In this document: positions 14,241 to 28,785 of the stretch, piece after piece | How the letters are laid out: every line of letters begins with the position of its first letter | Position numbering within the stretch: position 1 is the stretch's first letter | NCBI RefSeq assembly: GCF_009914755.1 | Contig: NC_060929.1 | Source of the DNA: the human T2T-CHM13v2.0 reference genome, Homo sapiens | Reading direction: 5' to 3' (one strand) | DNA length: 64,000 bases | Made by a program: the position numbers and the translations under genes | The notes under the pieces: model-generated | Told to the model about the DNA's origin: nothing | The model's input: only the letters and a program-made list of their open reading frames with translations | Database searches by the model: none

Positions 14241-14927
14241 GTTGAACATTTAAATAAAAATTGAAAAACAACCATATATTTTTCGTTTGCTTAACTATTC
14301 TGAGTTAACGTATTTTTTTTCTCTAAAAGCAGAGACTAAGAATTATCATCTTTTTCCAGCCTTTTCCAATTTGCACTTTAGAATTTCTAGTTTGTTGTAT
14401 TTAATTCCATTTCCCCTCCAAATTTTCTAACCACACAATTCATATGCACATACACATTTATTATATGTTGCATCTTCCTCAGTTGCATTAGGTAAAGCCT
14501 AATTTTTTTCGTGCCTCTAAAACACGGCAAAAAAATGTCACTTTGAGTGTCAAAAAATGTTACCACATGTTCCAAAGTTCAGTGGGAATCATATACACAT
14601 TCAAAGACTAAGTTTAGCTTCAAAATACTAACACCAGGAAATAGTCAACAGAATTTCACAACATTAAATGTCTCTTCCAAAGATAAATAGGCATTCTAAT
14701 GGGAGATTTTCAAGATGCATCTGGAATAAAAAAATAAAACTTCCCAAGTCCATCTGCAGTCAGGCATCTCATCAGAGATTCAATTCCCTGTACATGGCAT
14801 ACCTGATGTAGGTAGAAATCTTAACACTATTGTCCAATATGCACAGGTTGGTCTATGTGACCCCCAAAAGTGGGATCTTGTTTTACAAGAATATCCTATT
14901 TAATTTATAATCCAATTCTCCCTCTCT

Positions 14928-14928
<1 letters not shown>

Positions 14929-14968
<40 letters not shown>
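14929..14968. repeat. (AC)20 microsatellite
   Basis: Direct reading. Confidence 0.95.
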
Positions 14969-14971
<3 letters not shown>

Positions 14972-15329
14972 TCCACCTCCTAAAATATTTTGAAAAACTA
15001 AGTATAGATAAAAAATAATATTAGGAAAGGTGGAAAAATTGGAGCTCTGTCAGCCAAAGACAAAAATACACACAAGGAAGCAATATTTTTTCTGAAATTA
15101 ACTGCTGAAAAGTCTATTCAATTAACAGTGAATGATCAATAATAGGCCAGAGATTTGAGGAGAGACCTCTGTGTCACTTTGTTAGATATTACAGCTTAGG
15201 GGATGGAATAACACATTCAGCAAGGGGTCTATGATGCCCAAAGCTGTATGATGCCCTTATCTTCAAACAATTGTTTCTCAAATCCTAGTCTAGTAGAAAT
15301 ATCACTTTGCTCATTCTGTAAAAAATTCT

Positions 15330-15510
15330 ACTAGATTACAATTTGGAAGATTTCTAGCTTCTCTTGGAAAAAGAAAATTAGACCTGATGGAAATAATCTC
15401 CCGGAGTTGAGTAGAGGCTGCCTGTTCGAGATGTCGCATACTCTGCACACCTGGACAAACTGATGTATACAACCTACCTGACATTTGGAGGCAATTCGTT
15501 TTTCAGTGCC
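15330..15510 (-). mobile_element. MER102-like hAT fragment
   Basis: ttctagcttctcttggaaaa and ggagttgagtagaggctgcc resemble antisense MER102. Confidence 0.45.
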
Positions 15511-16324
15511 AGTCTAAGAAGCGATAGTCATCCAAACAAGACATGATAAAGACTTAGACTAGAGAAGTGTTTGTGGGGTTAGACAAGGGAAGAACCTGAG
15601 GCATTTTGAAGCAGGATTTGTAGAGATGTTAGAGATTAGATGGAAAGTGAGGTGTAATTTTAGTTAATTGTCTTCTAAGTTTCTGGATTGACAGACTGCT
15701 GGTTACTCAATCTTTACTTAAGGTAAAGGCTTCACATTTAGCTAAATGTTTGATGGTATAATGTAGGGCCCTGCATAGCAAATTGTATTTATGACAGAAT
15801 CAGTTTTATTAGATCTTATTTTTAAAAAAGAGAAGGCAGAAATCGATCCAATTATACATGTTGACAACTAAGTAATGCCTATGGGCCCCACCGCATTTAC
15901 ATTTGGCAACTTCTAACCCTGGAGCTTCTTATCTTTGAATTCTTTAGATCTTATTATTAGAACAACTTGCTTTAGAAATTCTGATAAAGTTCCCGGTTTC
16001 TCTCATGTGGCTGTGAACTGATTAGTATGCCCAAATCTATGCTGTGAAATAGATTTCCTGCAGGGAAACTGGCAGCTCCTGCTGTGAGACCATTGAATTG
16101 TTCTCAATCAAGGAGTTTTAAGAGCAATACTCTTTTTCTAAAAATAATATTTTAAATGACAGTTCTATTTTTGACTCTGTAGATAAGAATATGCATTAAG
16201 ATAGGCATATAGTGCAGATTTCTCAAACATATGAGTGAATAGCCTCTTTTCTTTTATAAAGACGAAATTTATATGAGATGGATTTAAACTTGTCCTTTAA
16301 TTTAGAAAGAACGAATGCTTTCTC

Positions 16325-16375
16325 AGAGAAAGAGAGAGAGAGGAGGAGAGGGAGAGAGAGAGAGAGAGAGAGAGA
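16325..16375. repeat. (GA)n-rich tract
   Basis: Direct reading. Confidence 0.9.
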
Positions 16376-18539
16376 CTGATGTCCCCTATCAGAAATTGGA
16401 ATTTATTTGCATGTTAAGTTGTTTAAATGATCAAACTTTATTGAGAAAGAGAGAGAGAGATGCTTGGGGGAATGTTTTTTTAACCCTTGGGAATAGATTT
16501 GCCAAACTTCACATGGAATTTTCATAACAGGTTTGCTATATTTGCCAATAATTAGAATTTATCCATGTTAATATCGACCTGAAATCTTTCATACAATACT
16601 CTTTAGTGTATTTGCCTGACCTCTTATCTGTCTTTCTTCAGTGTTTAATATGAAATGGTGAATTTCTTACTGTGCATCTAACTTGTGAAGGCAATTTTAA
16701 TGATGTTAAGGAAGTTTCCCTGACTGATCTCTTCAGACCTTTTATTTCAAAATAAATTAAATTGTCTCTGCTTGCCAGGCTCCTCCTTTCAACCTGCTGA
16801 AGACCAACTCATGACCAGAATCTCTGGGTAAGATCTAAGTTATCATCTCAGTGATGGCTAAAGTTCAGTATGATGAAACTTTCAGCAGGGCTAAAAATCT
16901 TAAGACCAAATTATGAAGAAGAAAAACACAAGGTAAGACTTAGTTCAGTGTTGCATGGCATTGGGATATGACCTTGTCAAGAAGATATTTCCTTTTCAAA
17001 AATGAAATAGCAAAAAAGTCTAGATTACTTACAGGAAAACAAAGATAGACTTGCTAAAAAGGAGGACTATAGTGAGTTAAAGCAAGTATCATTTGGTGTC
17101 CTGTGCTTTTGTTAAGCAGTAGGTAAGCTTAGCTCAGTCTACCCATCACAGTGATGATAAATCTGAATTTAACTCCAGTTTTGAGAGGCTAGCTTCTGCA
17201 GAAGTAGAGTTGAAAATAATTCTAGGAGAACTACGTGACTTGGGATGGCCTATGTGGGAAGAGAAAAGTGAACAGATCTACCGCCTCCATTTGTTAAAAT
17301 GTGCCAGGGGCTTTGTGGCCAAACTCTGTAGATCTGTCATTTCACCTAGAGAAAACTGCTCTGTGACTTCCTATGGGCTCTGGATCATCCAAAAAATCTT
17401 CTCTCCTTCTTCTCTCCCAGCATTCAATTAGGACTTTTGGCAAGACTGGGTACTCAGTGTCTTCCAGCAAGAGACTGAAATCTTCTGCAGCTTGTAAATA
17501 AACTTAACAATTTAATAGTCTAGATACTTCAGAAATCCTCCTGCCATGTAGGTGGCAATAAAACCTGAAGTCAACAGGCAGAGGCCACCTTTATTACTCA
17601 CCGGAAAATTTAACATGGAAGAGTACCCAAGTGGCCATTAAAAATGTCCTCTTAATTATAGGTTGGTGGAAAGAGCCATCCATGTGAACAAGTAACCCCA
17701 GACTTTACGTTTTGGAAAAGTCAGCAACGACTTTGCTATAAATTTCCCAGAGAGCAAGAAATAATGTTCCTAACCTGTTTTTCAAAAAATCATGTAGCAG
17801 TATGTTAGTATTATTTAAGAGTTCTAAGGTTAGAATAATTCCTACACTTTTTCTCACTTCTTCCTCCTCTTAGCTCTGACAGCTGGTCAGACTGGGCACT
17901 AAGAGAGTGTTAAGACATATTCTTGCCTCCAACCCCCTCTCTGACAAGAATCAATCTCCAGAATATAACAGGGTGGATTACAAGGCTGTTATTACAAGAC
18001 AATACTTTGTTTCTGACCCATGATCTGGGCAGAAACTCTCTTGAAAATATACTTTTAGAAAGACCTCAAAGTTAAAAGACAGGAAAAATAATGACTAATT
18101 GTTTAAATATATATTTAAGCCATAAAGAACTGTCCTATAATAATAATCTACATGTATGTATATCTGTATGCATGCATCTGTCTATTTTAGGCCATTTCTA
18201 AAATATGTATCTAAGGAGAAGATACAATTCAATCTCTTTTAATAGCCTTCAGTGCATCTTTGCACCAGAAATGAAAAAGCTTATTGGTTTGAATTTCTAT
18301 GAAAAGAAAGTGCTGATGGGATGATACAGCATAGCACCCCAATCAGCCTATGCAACAGAGCCTTATTCTAGAGCTGGTTGTCAGGAACAAGGGCAAGATC
18401 AGGTAATACATTTTCTATGAGATATTGAAAGGAGATAAATTTTAAATTTAATGCTAAAAGTCTGAGGATAAAGAGGGGGTAAAGTCCTGATACTAGAACC
18501 AAGGGAAAGCCAACTATATGGCTCATAAAAATGTTGGGG

Positions 18540-18847
18540 TTTTTTTTTATTGTTTTTGAGACAGGGTCTCACTCTGTAGCCCAGGCTGGAGTGCATTGGG
18601 GCAATCACAGCTCACTGCAGCCACGACCTCCCAAGCTCTAGCGATCCTCCCTCCTCAACCTCCTGAGTAGCTAGAATCACAGGTGTGCACCACTATGCGT
18701 GGCTATTTTTATTTTTATTTTTATTTTTGTAGAGACAGGGTCTCCTTATGTTGCCCAGACTGATCTTGAACTCCTGGGCTCAAGTAATCCTCCCCTCTCA
18801 ACCTCCCAAACTGTTGGGATTACAGGCATGTGTCACTGCACCTGTCC
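18540..18847 (-). mobile_element. AluJ full length
   Basis: gagacagggtctcactctg...ctcctgggctcaagtaatcctccc; TSD ataaaaatgtt at 18525-18535 and 18848-18858. Confidence 0.9.
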
Positions 18848-18924
18848 ATAAAAATGTTTTATAATGAGATAAATTCTATGATTACCTAGTCGATTAAATC
18901 CTTTTTCATTTGTTTTACTTGGAA

Positions 18925-19275
18925 TTGGTAAACAGGCCAAATCAGATCTGCAGATGTGTTGCTCTGGACCACCCACAGTATTTTATTTTTTAAAAAATTA
19001 CTTGCCAAAATTTTCAGGTCCTCATTTTATATAATTGAACTTGCAACTTCTCTTTGAAAAATTAGGAAGTGTGGACCCACTGGGGCTGCATCCCTGAAAA
19101 GGATGCCCCTGCATGGCCAGGATCATCTGCAGCTGATGGTGCCTGCCCTCTTTAGGAGGAAGAATGTGCTCTTTTACTTATGCCTAGTCCCCATCACCCC
19201 CTTTTGTTGTATACATGGTTAGGCTTACTTTTTTTCTTAACTCCCTAATCGCAATAGGTGTTTGACATGATAGCT
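18925..19275 (-). mobile_element. MER102 (hAT-Charlie)
   Basis: ggccaaatcagatctgcagatgtgtt...cacagtatttt...ttgccaaaatt...cttctctttgaaaaattaggaag...agtccccatcac. Confidence 0.65.
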
Positions 19276-19464
19276 CCTATTTGGGGCTGTTTCTAAAATG
19301 TGGCTGTAAGTCTGGGAAACTTACTCATTTACATCTTCCCTAAAACCCAGGATAACTTAGCATCCACTGAGGTATGTCTCCCCCTTTTCTTATACTGTTC
19401 TGCCCTCAAAGGGAAGCATTCATGTCCCTGTCTTCCCCTATCAGTATTATTTAGATAATATTAA

Positions 19465-19697
19465 CAATAATAAAAGCAGTTAGTATTTACTCAATGCTTA
19501 CTCTGTTCCAGACACTGTTCTAGGCATGCTACAGAATTCATTCATTCATTTAAAATTCACATCAATTCCAGCTGGGTATTGTAATTCCCTTTTTTACAGA
19601 TAAAGCAATTAAAGGACCAGTTATGAAAGCAGGGGCAGAGTCAGGCTGTGTACCGAGCAGTGTGACTTCAGAGCCTGCATTCCTCTCTGCTATGCTG
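19465..19697 (-). mobile_element. MIR
   Basis: atttactcaatgcttactctgttccagacactgttctagg...ttttacagataaagcaatt...tgacttcagagcctg. Confidence 0.75.
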
Positions 19698-20737
19698 CAT
19701 GCACTAAGCTCTCCTGCATTAAAATCATGGGAACAGTGTGTCTCCATTCAGGGAATAAGTAGCTCCCAGCATGTTTAGGAAGAAAGCACTAACATAGGAC
19801 ATTTATTTATAGAAAAATTCAACACAGTGAAGTGCTATGAGTATCAAGTATTCCAAAGCAACACACTTGCTATTGTATATATTGATGCTTATTTTTTTTT
19901 CCACTTAGAAATTCCTAACCGTATGCAAATGTGTGTTACATAAAGACATCCCTTGGGCATCCAAGTGCAGTCAACATGGGTAAATAGTCATTAAAAGAAA
20001 ACCAAAAGACCCAAGCAAAAGTCCCTTCTCATCTCATACACAAGATATATTAGTCACAGACATGCAAGTTCTGCCTTTCTGGTCTTACTGTCCCCACACA
20101 TTCCCACTGATTCTGTGACTTGCAGAAGCATTTCAAACAGACAATGTATTTCAAGGGAATCAAATTCAGTACACTCATAAAATTAAGAAGAAGACTAAAC
20201 AATATATAATATGCCCAACAGCACTGGTATTATCAGTTCCAGAACCATGCTCTTTTGGGGCTCATATCTGAGGAGAACCTCATCTAAAAAAAACCCACCT
20301 CCCACATATTGTTCCACTGATCAAACCCATTTTATCAGCCACTGTGTACCAACCCTTTCTACTTTCACTTTGCAACATTTTTCTCACTGTCTCTTGATAA
20401 CAGGCCTTTTTTTGGAATAGATTCCTAAGTGTCAGAAGTATTGAGGACTGTTCTAAACAAAGAAGATGGGAAACTAAAGTATTTTGATTCTTTCTCAGTT
20501 ATTATATATTCCCAGCTCTAGCCTCTGTGCATGCCAGGTCTTTGCTGCCTCTGAGTTTATTCTACAGCTTTTCCTCCTTTATGGTCCAACTCATCAGTAA
20601 GCAACTTCCAGCCTTTTCAGAGCACAGCAAAGTCTTTATTCTCTAAACCACAGTGCTTCAAGTCTACGCCACTCCCTTGAGTTCCTTCTTTACCATCTCC
20701 TTCACGTTGTTGTCTCCAGTTCAGTCTTCTCGTCTTC

Positions 20738-21785
<1,048 letters not shown>

Positions 21786-22119
21786 ATTCCTGCTAGACAA
21801 AAAGTCATTTTTTGCATGTTTTACTATTGCTAACCATGTATAGTTCAGCGTGAGAGACAAAATGATATTTAGAAACTGATTATTTGCTTTTCACATACTT
21901 CATTTTTCAGGAAGCTATTTGTGTGCATGAGCTGAGTCCTAGTCGTCTTCCAGGGCTCAGACACTAACATACATCACAGCCCACAGTAAGCATTCAATGA
22001 CTATTTACCAAATGAATGACTTGAAAGCACCAAGGGGAAAGAGAGCAAGTTTAAATCTTCATGATACAGGTTACAAAGAATTGGCCAGGGGACTAAATCT
22101 TATAACAGTGAGTGTCGCT

Positions 22120-22202
22120 TAAATATAATTTCATATAAAAATTTAGGTGTCTAGTTTCCCTTGAAAAATCAGAAGATCTAGCAACAGCGGGTTGGTGTTC
22201 CC
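22120..22202 (-). mobile_element. MER102-like fragment
   Basis: tttcatataaaa...cttgaaaaatcagaagatctagcaaca. Confidence 0.5.
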
Positions 22203-22404
22203 TTCAAGGAGTAATCAGGGGAGTGGAAGAATGGCTCATTGTTTCAGAAATGGTATGTGACTGTGATACTGTCTCTGCATTTCCTACTTCTCTCATGGAT
22301 GTTGCTCCCCAGAGCCTTATGGTGGTTTGTCTTTGTGATTCTTCCTTTGCACAAATAACAATCCACCTCATCCCATAATTAAATAGCTTCTGAATGAACA
22401 ACAT

Positions 22405-22632
22405 TATAGCAAGAGTAAGAACGAGGCTTTTGGAGTCAAACAGGCTTTGTTTTCAGCACCAGCACTATCTTTCTAGCTGTGGGATTAGAATAACTATTAC
22501 TTCAGTTCTGTAAACCTCCATTTTCTCATACTTAAGACAGGGGAAACACAATAACATCATACGGTTTAAATGAGATAATGCTTTTAAATAGCCCAGCATT
22601 TAAAAATACTCAATGGGTGTTAGCTATGATGT
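22405..22632 (+). mobile_element. MIR
   Basis: ggcttttggagtcaaacagg...tagctgtg...ttttctcat...ttaaatgagataatg. Confidence 0.7.
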
Positions 22633-24939
22633 CAATAATGATGAAGAAGATGATGATTATTATAATGACTAGGATGATGATTCTTGACCATCCAGGATAA
22701 AAAAGTACTACTATCTCTGGCTAATCATTAGAAAATGTAATCATTGCTTTAGGTTCTGTCATTAACCTTAGCCTTCTGTTGCTTATTCTATTTAATCCAT
22801 AGTCAAGATGAAACATCTCCTTGGATAAAAATGTGCATCTTGATCCTTTTAAAAATTATTTATTCCATAATACCCTCAGGATTTAGCCACATAGTCTAAA
22901 ATCTATTAAGTAAAAAAAATTTAAATGGTTCTGCATTCATCACTGAAATAATCAAATCTAAAATCTGAAATCATGCATTGGGGATCACAAAGGCACAGCC
23001 TCATCCATCTTTTAAGCAGAAATAGAAAAATAAAAGGGGAAGTGGGAACTCCTCTCTTAAAGACATGTGATGGGTTGATGGACAGATAACTAATTAAACT
23101 TAGTTTATGCGAGCAATGGAGCTGACTTTCTATACATGAAAATGTTTGAATTAGAATCAACCATGGTGTCAAGAGAATTCTAGGATACAGAGGAATTTGA
23201 ACTTTATAAGACCTGACCAAATGCATAGGTAGCAAGGTCCATCAGAGGTAAAGTGGAAAATGAAGCCCACATGTGAAAAGACGAGAAAAAAATGCCTTTT
23301 TCCTAAGTTGAGGAAAGATAATAAAAAAAGATATTCAAGAGATATTGAGGGAGTGAGGTTGCAGAAACTCTAAAACTTTTGGTTTCATGTGCTGTTTATG
23401 TAAGGATATTTATGTGCTGCTGGATTTTGTAGGAAATTAGCTAATAGGTTAATTGAATATAAATTTATAACTAAATATATCTTATCTGCAGTAAAACATA
23501 ATAATCCCAGCCCAACATTAACCAATACACTGAATGTTCATAAAAAACAATATAAACTGCCATATACCCTAATTCCTGCAATGCATTTTAATTACTGCTG
23601 TAATTATGGTAAATTCCACTGCAGGTGCAAGGCAAATGGGCCATGTGATAGAAGTAGGGAGAAAATAAATATGTACCCTGCATTTTAAAATGTTTGAAAA
23701 GGTAGCTTGGGTATATATAACAAAAAGAATTTATATAGAAACATCAAAAATGAGCAGGGAGGAAAAGAAGAAAAAAACAAAGAAGAAGGAATAAAAAGTA
23801 GGAATGGAACCTAGGGCAGCTAGGACAGGTTATTAATATAACCATGTAATAATATTCAAAGCTTTATCTAAATTAAGAAAAACTATTTTAACTATTTCTG
23901 CTCTGTATATGAAATAAAGCATTTAAAAAATTTAAGTCATAATTGGCAAGCTTTAAATAAGTTTTGGTAAATGATCTTTTAAAAATATATATGGGCATAA
24001 ACATCACTTAATGAGTTTTGAGTGTCTGTAGAATCACTGTGTTTGCAGGCTGACACTCATGTGGAATCAGCTTTTGTAGCCCAGCAGCATTTTGTAAAAC
24101 CCTAATGAAGGAACAGGGCCTCTGTATCTTGAATCTGCCTCCCTAAAGGTAATCATCATCCCTTATCTTCAGGAATTAGTCATAAGTCTTTGAAGTAAGC
24201 TTTTCATTTTTATAGAGAATGTTTACTGATGGAGAAATATAACACATGATGCTGTTACTGAGAGATTAAACCTGTATTACTGAGAAAAGAGTATCCTCAG
24301 CAATAAATGTAATTAAAAATCATTCTACCTGAAAAGATTTTTTCTCTATTTAGTGACTTGAAGGTTTTATAAAAAGAAAACAAAACAAAGTTTCTAATGC
24401 CTGCTGAACAGAAATGATTAAGAATTGTTTTAGATTGCAACTTCTTTGATGGCAGGGGTTACTTTAAACTGGAAAGCAATTTACAAAATATTCCAGAGTA
24501 AGTGTTCAATATATTATTAAATTACTTGTTTTCACCAACTTATGTGTGGCATAGGATCCTAGAGATTTCAACATTTATTTTTCCCCTTAAAAATAGCCCT
24601 TTATTAAATTTATAAACCAGTAATTTGGTACGTGAATCTAATTTCCTATAAAAAACACACAGTGTCTACATTTGCAGATCAACTTATAAATATTTTATAT
24701 ATGTTTAATTTGTGTAAAATATTTATGTAATACATATTTGTATGTATTTTTATTACATACATATTTAATACAAATACATAATTTGTCTAAATGTATTATT
24801 AAAATTGCTACAAAATATTTAACCAACATGCATAATGCTAATTAGACTGAAAATCTAGTCAGAGTTTCTTTCTTGGAATTCTAGTTTTCATTTTTCTTAC
24901 CTATTTAGTTGGGGTTGAGAACTCTGGGAACTCTGAAAC

Positions 24940-25128
24940 TAAACATTTAAGACAATAGGCTTACTAGCTTTGTGTCTTAACACAATTTATTTAACCTTTT
25001 GGAAAATCTGTTTCATTATCTGTAAATTGGAAGGATAATCATAGCTAATGGGTGGTTGTAGTGAGACTTAAGAAGGCTAAATTATGTAACTGGGTAGTAC
25101 ATAGTAAATGTTCAACAAGAGTTGCTCC
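24940..25128 (+). mobile_element. MIR
   Basis: ttactagctttgtg...tttaacct...tctgtaaattggaaggataat...acatagtaaatgttcaa. Confidence 0.65.
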
Positions 25129-26887
25129 TAATCATGAGAAGAAAAATATCCAGTCTTAAGTATACTGAAATATGAACTTCTAGATGAATTAAGCCATTGT
25201 TTCTATATCAATTTTGTTTTCCTACAATACCTGTAAATAAATGTATTCCCAGTACACTTATTCTAGCCCTTAAAATGAGCTAATGGTCACACATGTTTGG
25301 CTTCAGTTTATGTGTTTTTTGTTTCTTACTTGTTTACTGTGGTTCTAGGGGCAAAGACATGTTTTTATCAACTGGTCATTTCTGGGTTCAAGGTGATAAT
25401 GGCCTTGGTGATGTATTTACCATGATGCTCAAATGAAAATGCAGTTATGGGAATTTCTAAGAGTAGATAAAGGGCATTCCCCTAACCTATTCCTATTATG
25501 CTAAAAATAACATTTAATATATGTAGATTACAATTACTTGGTTTGAAAGTTACAGCTACTAGAAGTGGAAATGCCACGAAATGTCTCAATAACACAATAA
25601 AGAGTATATTTGAAAAGTGGCATCTTAAAATGTTGAAGCAAAAGTGAGAGCTATTAAAATGGAATCAGTTCCAGTGTAATTCAAGCTGGAGTGCCTCATG
25701 GAAGGCAACATATGTTGCAAAGGAGCACCTGCACACAAGGCCCAGGAGAGCTAGGCAAGCCATTTCATTTTAAAGCAATTTGGAGAAGTGGCCATCTAAA
25801 ATGATTCAAATAGACTAGAAATTTGATCTCCTCATTTTCACCACTCTTCACTAAACTGCCTTCTCTTACTTTTTGGTTTAAAGTACCTTAGAAATGACAT
25901 TAGTTATCATTTTAAATGAAACATCTAAAATACACTTTTAGTCTTTCAGTGAATCTGGCCCCCTTAAAAAGATGAGGTCTTCAGGAGCTGGTGCTCAGTG
26001 AAAGACAGAACTGTTTAAAACATAAACTCATTGTAGTTATCTAAGCAATGTAAGACATATTTGTTAAATGCCAACAAAAGCAAAAGCAACAACAAATTGT
26101 GGACATTGATACTCATTTTCATGATGTGGAGCTTACAATGAGATGCAAACACACCTCCTTAATATTCCAAGAATTACTACTACAGGATGTGTGTGAGTGT
26201 ATGTGTGTGAATTTCCTGAGTTTAAAGAATTTATGCCTTTTCCTGAGAAGTATGCTTAGATTTATAAACATTTTAAATATTTAAGCACAATGTAAAAAAA
26301 GAAATCTCACAGCAATCACAGAACAAGACACCTACAGATGATCTGTATTAAGATATTTCAAATAATACATTCTCAAATTTCATTCCATTTCTATTATGTT
26401 GATTCGCCTCTTCAGGTGCTGAAATATTCTGGATGATGGAGTCCACACTCTGGCTATAGAAGCAGACTTTCATACATTAATTCTAGCATCCATTAAAATA
26501 AGTTTTCACTGCCTGCCACTTCCAATTACCCCCTTTCTGAGTCAAATCAACTTGCACTACTAGAGCTTCATTCCTTGGTTGAAATGAAGCTCAGGTTTAA
26601 CACATGTTAAATTGTAAATGCAGCTTCCAGAAAGGGGAACATTTGAAGCCACTGTCAGTTACCAGTGCCACAGTGTGAAAGGGCTGACTGCACTCTTTCT
26701 GGAGAGAAAATGTGGTAAAATATGGAGGAAAATCCTGAAGAAGAAAAGGGACAAGATGCAAAAAGAGGGGCAAAGAACACAATTAACTACAGCAATAAAC
26801 TGAGGGTCCTGCCAACTTTACAGAGTTTACCTCATTCAATTCCCTTATAAAAAACTTATCTATGTGTCCCTAATTTTTCTTTTTTAT

Positions 26888-26985
26888 TGCTTGGGCCCCT
26901 AATTCTATAGAATCTAATTCATTAAGCTTGAAATATGGCCCAGAAGTCTACATTTTAAGCAAATATCTCAGGTATTGATATAAGA
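26888..26985. mobile_element. MER5B-like fragment
   Basis: tgggcccct...tctaattcattaag...tggcccagaagtctacattttaagcaa...ctcaggt. Confidence 0.45.
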
Positions 26986-27914
26986 ATTATAAAGACTACA
27001 CATTAATAGACAAATAGATTTTGAAAAAGAACCTATTGTTTTTGGAATCAGGTATGCCTTATCTCACAACTCCATAATACTACAATTTCCTTCTATAAAA
27101 TTTTACCTCTTTAGGAATTTAATTTACTACTGAGGGTGTGAATTGTCACCTAGGCCCTGGAAAGCAACTTTATTATTTTATGAAAAGCCAGATCACTTTC
27201 ACTGTAGCCTACAAAAATTATGGACTTTACAATTTTCTTTCTCTTTCTTAATGAAATGCTCAAATCTCTATTTAAAACCCAATTGTAGTAACTTTGCACC
27301 CAATTGCATTTGCAGGTAACAACTACTGCCTTGAGGCATTGAGAGTTGAGCTGCATTCTGACAGTTGAGGGGAATGAGCTTCCTGGGCAGAGTTTCAGGA
27401 GCATTGCTAAGTTGCTAACTTTTCTGTTTAGAACATGCAATGCTCTTGTGAAAAAAAAAAATCTGACGTTTTAAAATTGAAGAGCTGAGAGTTTCCAGAG
27501 CTGAGTTCAATCAAGTCTTAAGTAATGCAGAAAATTTGAAAACCACAAATGCTGCAAAGACAAGGGTGAGCACACACTTACATGGAGCCAGAATGAAAGA
27601 CTGTATAGTGAGGTGGAAATAAAATGGTTGTGTATTGGTACACCACAATCTTGAGGTCAGTTTTTCTCAAGATTTTACAAGGGTAAAAAAAAAAAGGGCT
27701 TTACTGAATGTGGGGTGAGTAGGAGGGGTTTAAAGGAAAGGTATAAAAATGTCATGGGATTTAAAACAAACAGATCTTTATGTGACTTCATAGACCCTAT
27801 CATGGAGCTTCAGAACAAAAAACATGCAGAGACACAGAGGCTTGTCCACAAATGACAGAATTAAGAGACCTCTCAATCTTCCCTGTACATATACTTATTT
27901 CTCTTTTAATCTTT

Positions 27915-28140
27915 TTCAGTAGAGAAAACATGAGCTTTGGAATCACACAGTACTGGGTTCAAGTTCTAGCATTTGCATGTACCAGCTTGAGTGACCATGG
28001 GTAAGTCACTTCAACTTTTTGAGCCTGAGTTTCTACATCTGTAAAATGAAGATCATAATATCTACTGTTGGGACTACTGTTAATGTGTAACACACTGAGT
28101 ATAACTCCTTAGATATATCAGATATTCAGTGAATGGAATC
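27915..28140 (+). mobile_element. MIR
   Basis: gctttggaatcacacag...ctgggttcaag...gtgaccatgggtaagtcactt...tttctacatctgtaaaatg. Confidence 0.8.
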
Positions 28141-28539
28141 CATCACTCTCAGCAGCACTACCATCACATCCTTATAATGACAGCAGTATCATTATAAGAA
28201 TTTATTTAGAATGATGAAAAGTATATGAAGTCAACTTGTGCCCTCCTTGGCACATAAGGCAAGAGAAAGACTCAGGGTGGGGAATTAAGGGTGAAAAGAG
28301 AGTCTGCAGGTGATTTGTATAGATAATTCATTTATTACATGTAGAGATGTACTCTGACATGGTTGATGCATTGAGACAACATCCTAGAAGAGGAGATGGG
28401 CTTTATTCTGAAGGGGGTGAGTGGATATTCAGGGTACACTTTACAAAAGGAAAAATGTCTCTGCCACTTGGAGGCAGGTCAGGAGCTAAGTAGGGTGACA
28501 CTGTCCATGGATCTCCATGCTGAAGATGAAATAATAAAG

Positions 28540-28785
28540 TATACTGAAGAGGTTACGAGCATGAGCTTTGGAGTGGGCAAACTCAGATTCAAATCCAGTC
28601 TCTGCTATCTTTTAGTTTTGCAGTTTATAACAAAAGACAAACACTTCTGAGCTGTTTCCTCATCTACTAAATAATGATAGATATTTCATACATCTGGTGT
28701 GCAGATCAGATAAAATGATATTTATATACACAGTACAGTATGGGATATGCAGTATAATTTCAACACATATAACCCATTAATATTA
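28540..28785 (+). mobile_element. MIR
   Basis: ggttacgagcatgagctttggagt...ttcaaatccagtctctgc...tttcctcatct. Confidence 0.7.

Noticed and set aside
17594-17780. Strong minus-strand donor CCG/gtgagt
   Set aside because: No good acceptor nearby, and all frames tested contain stops
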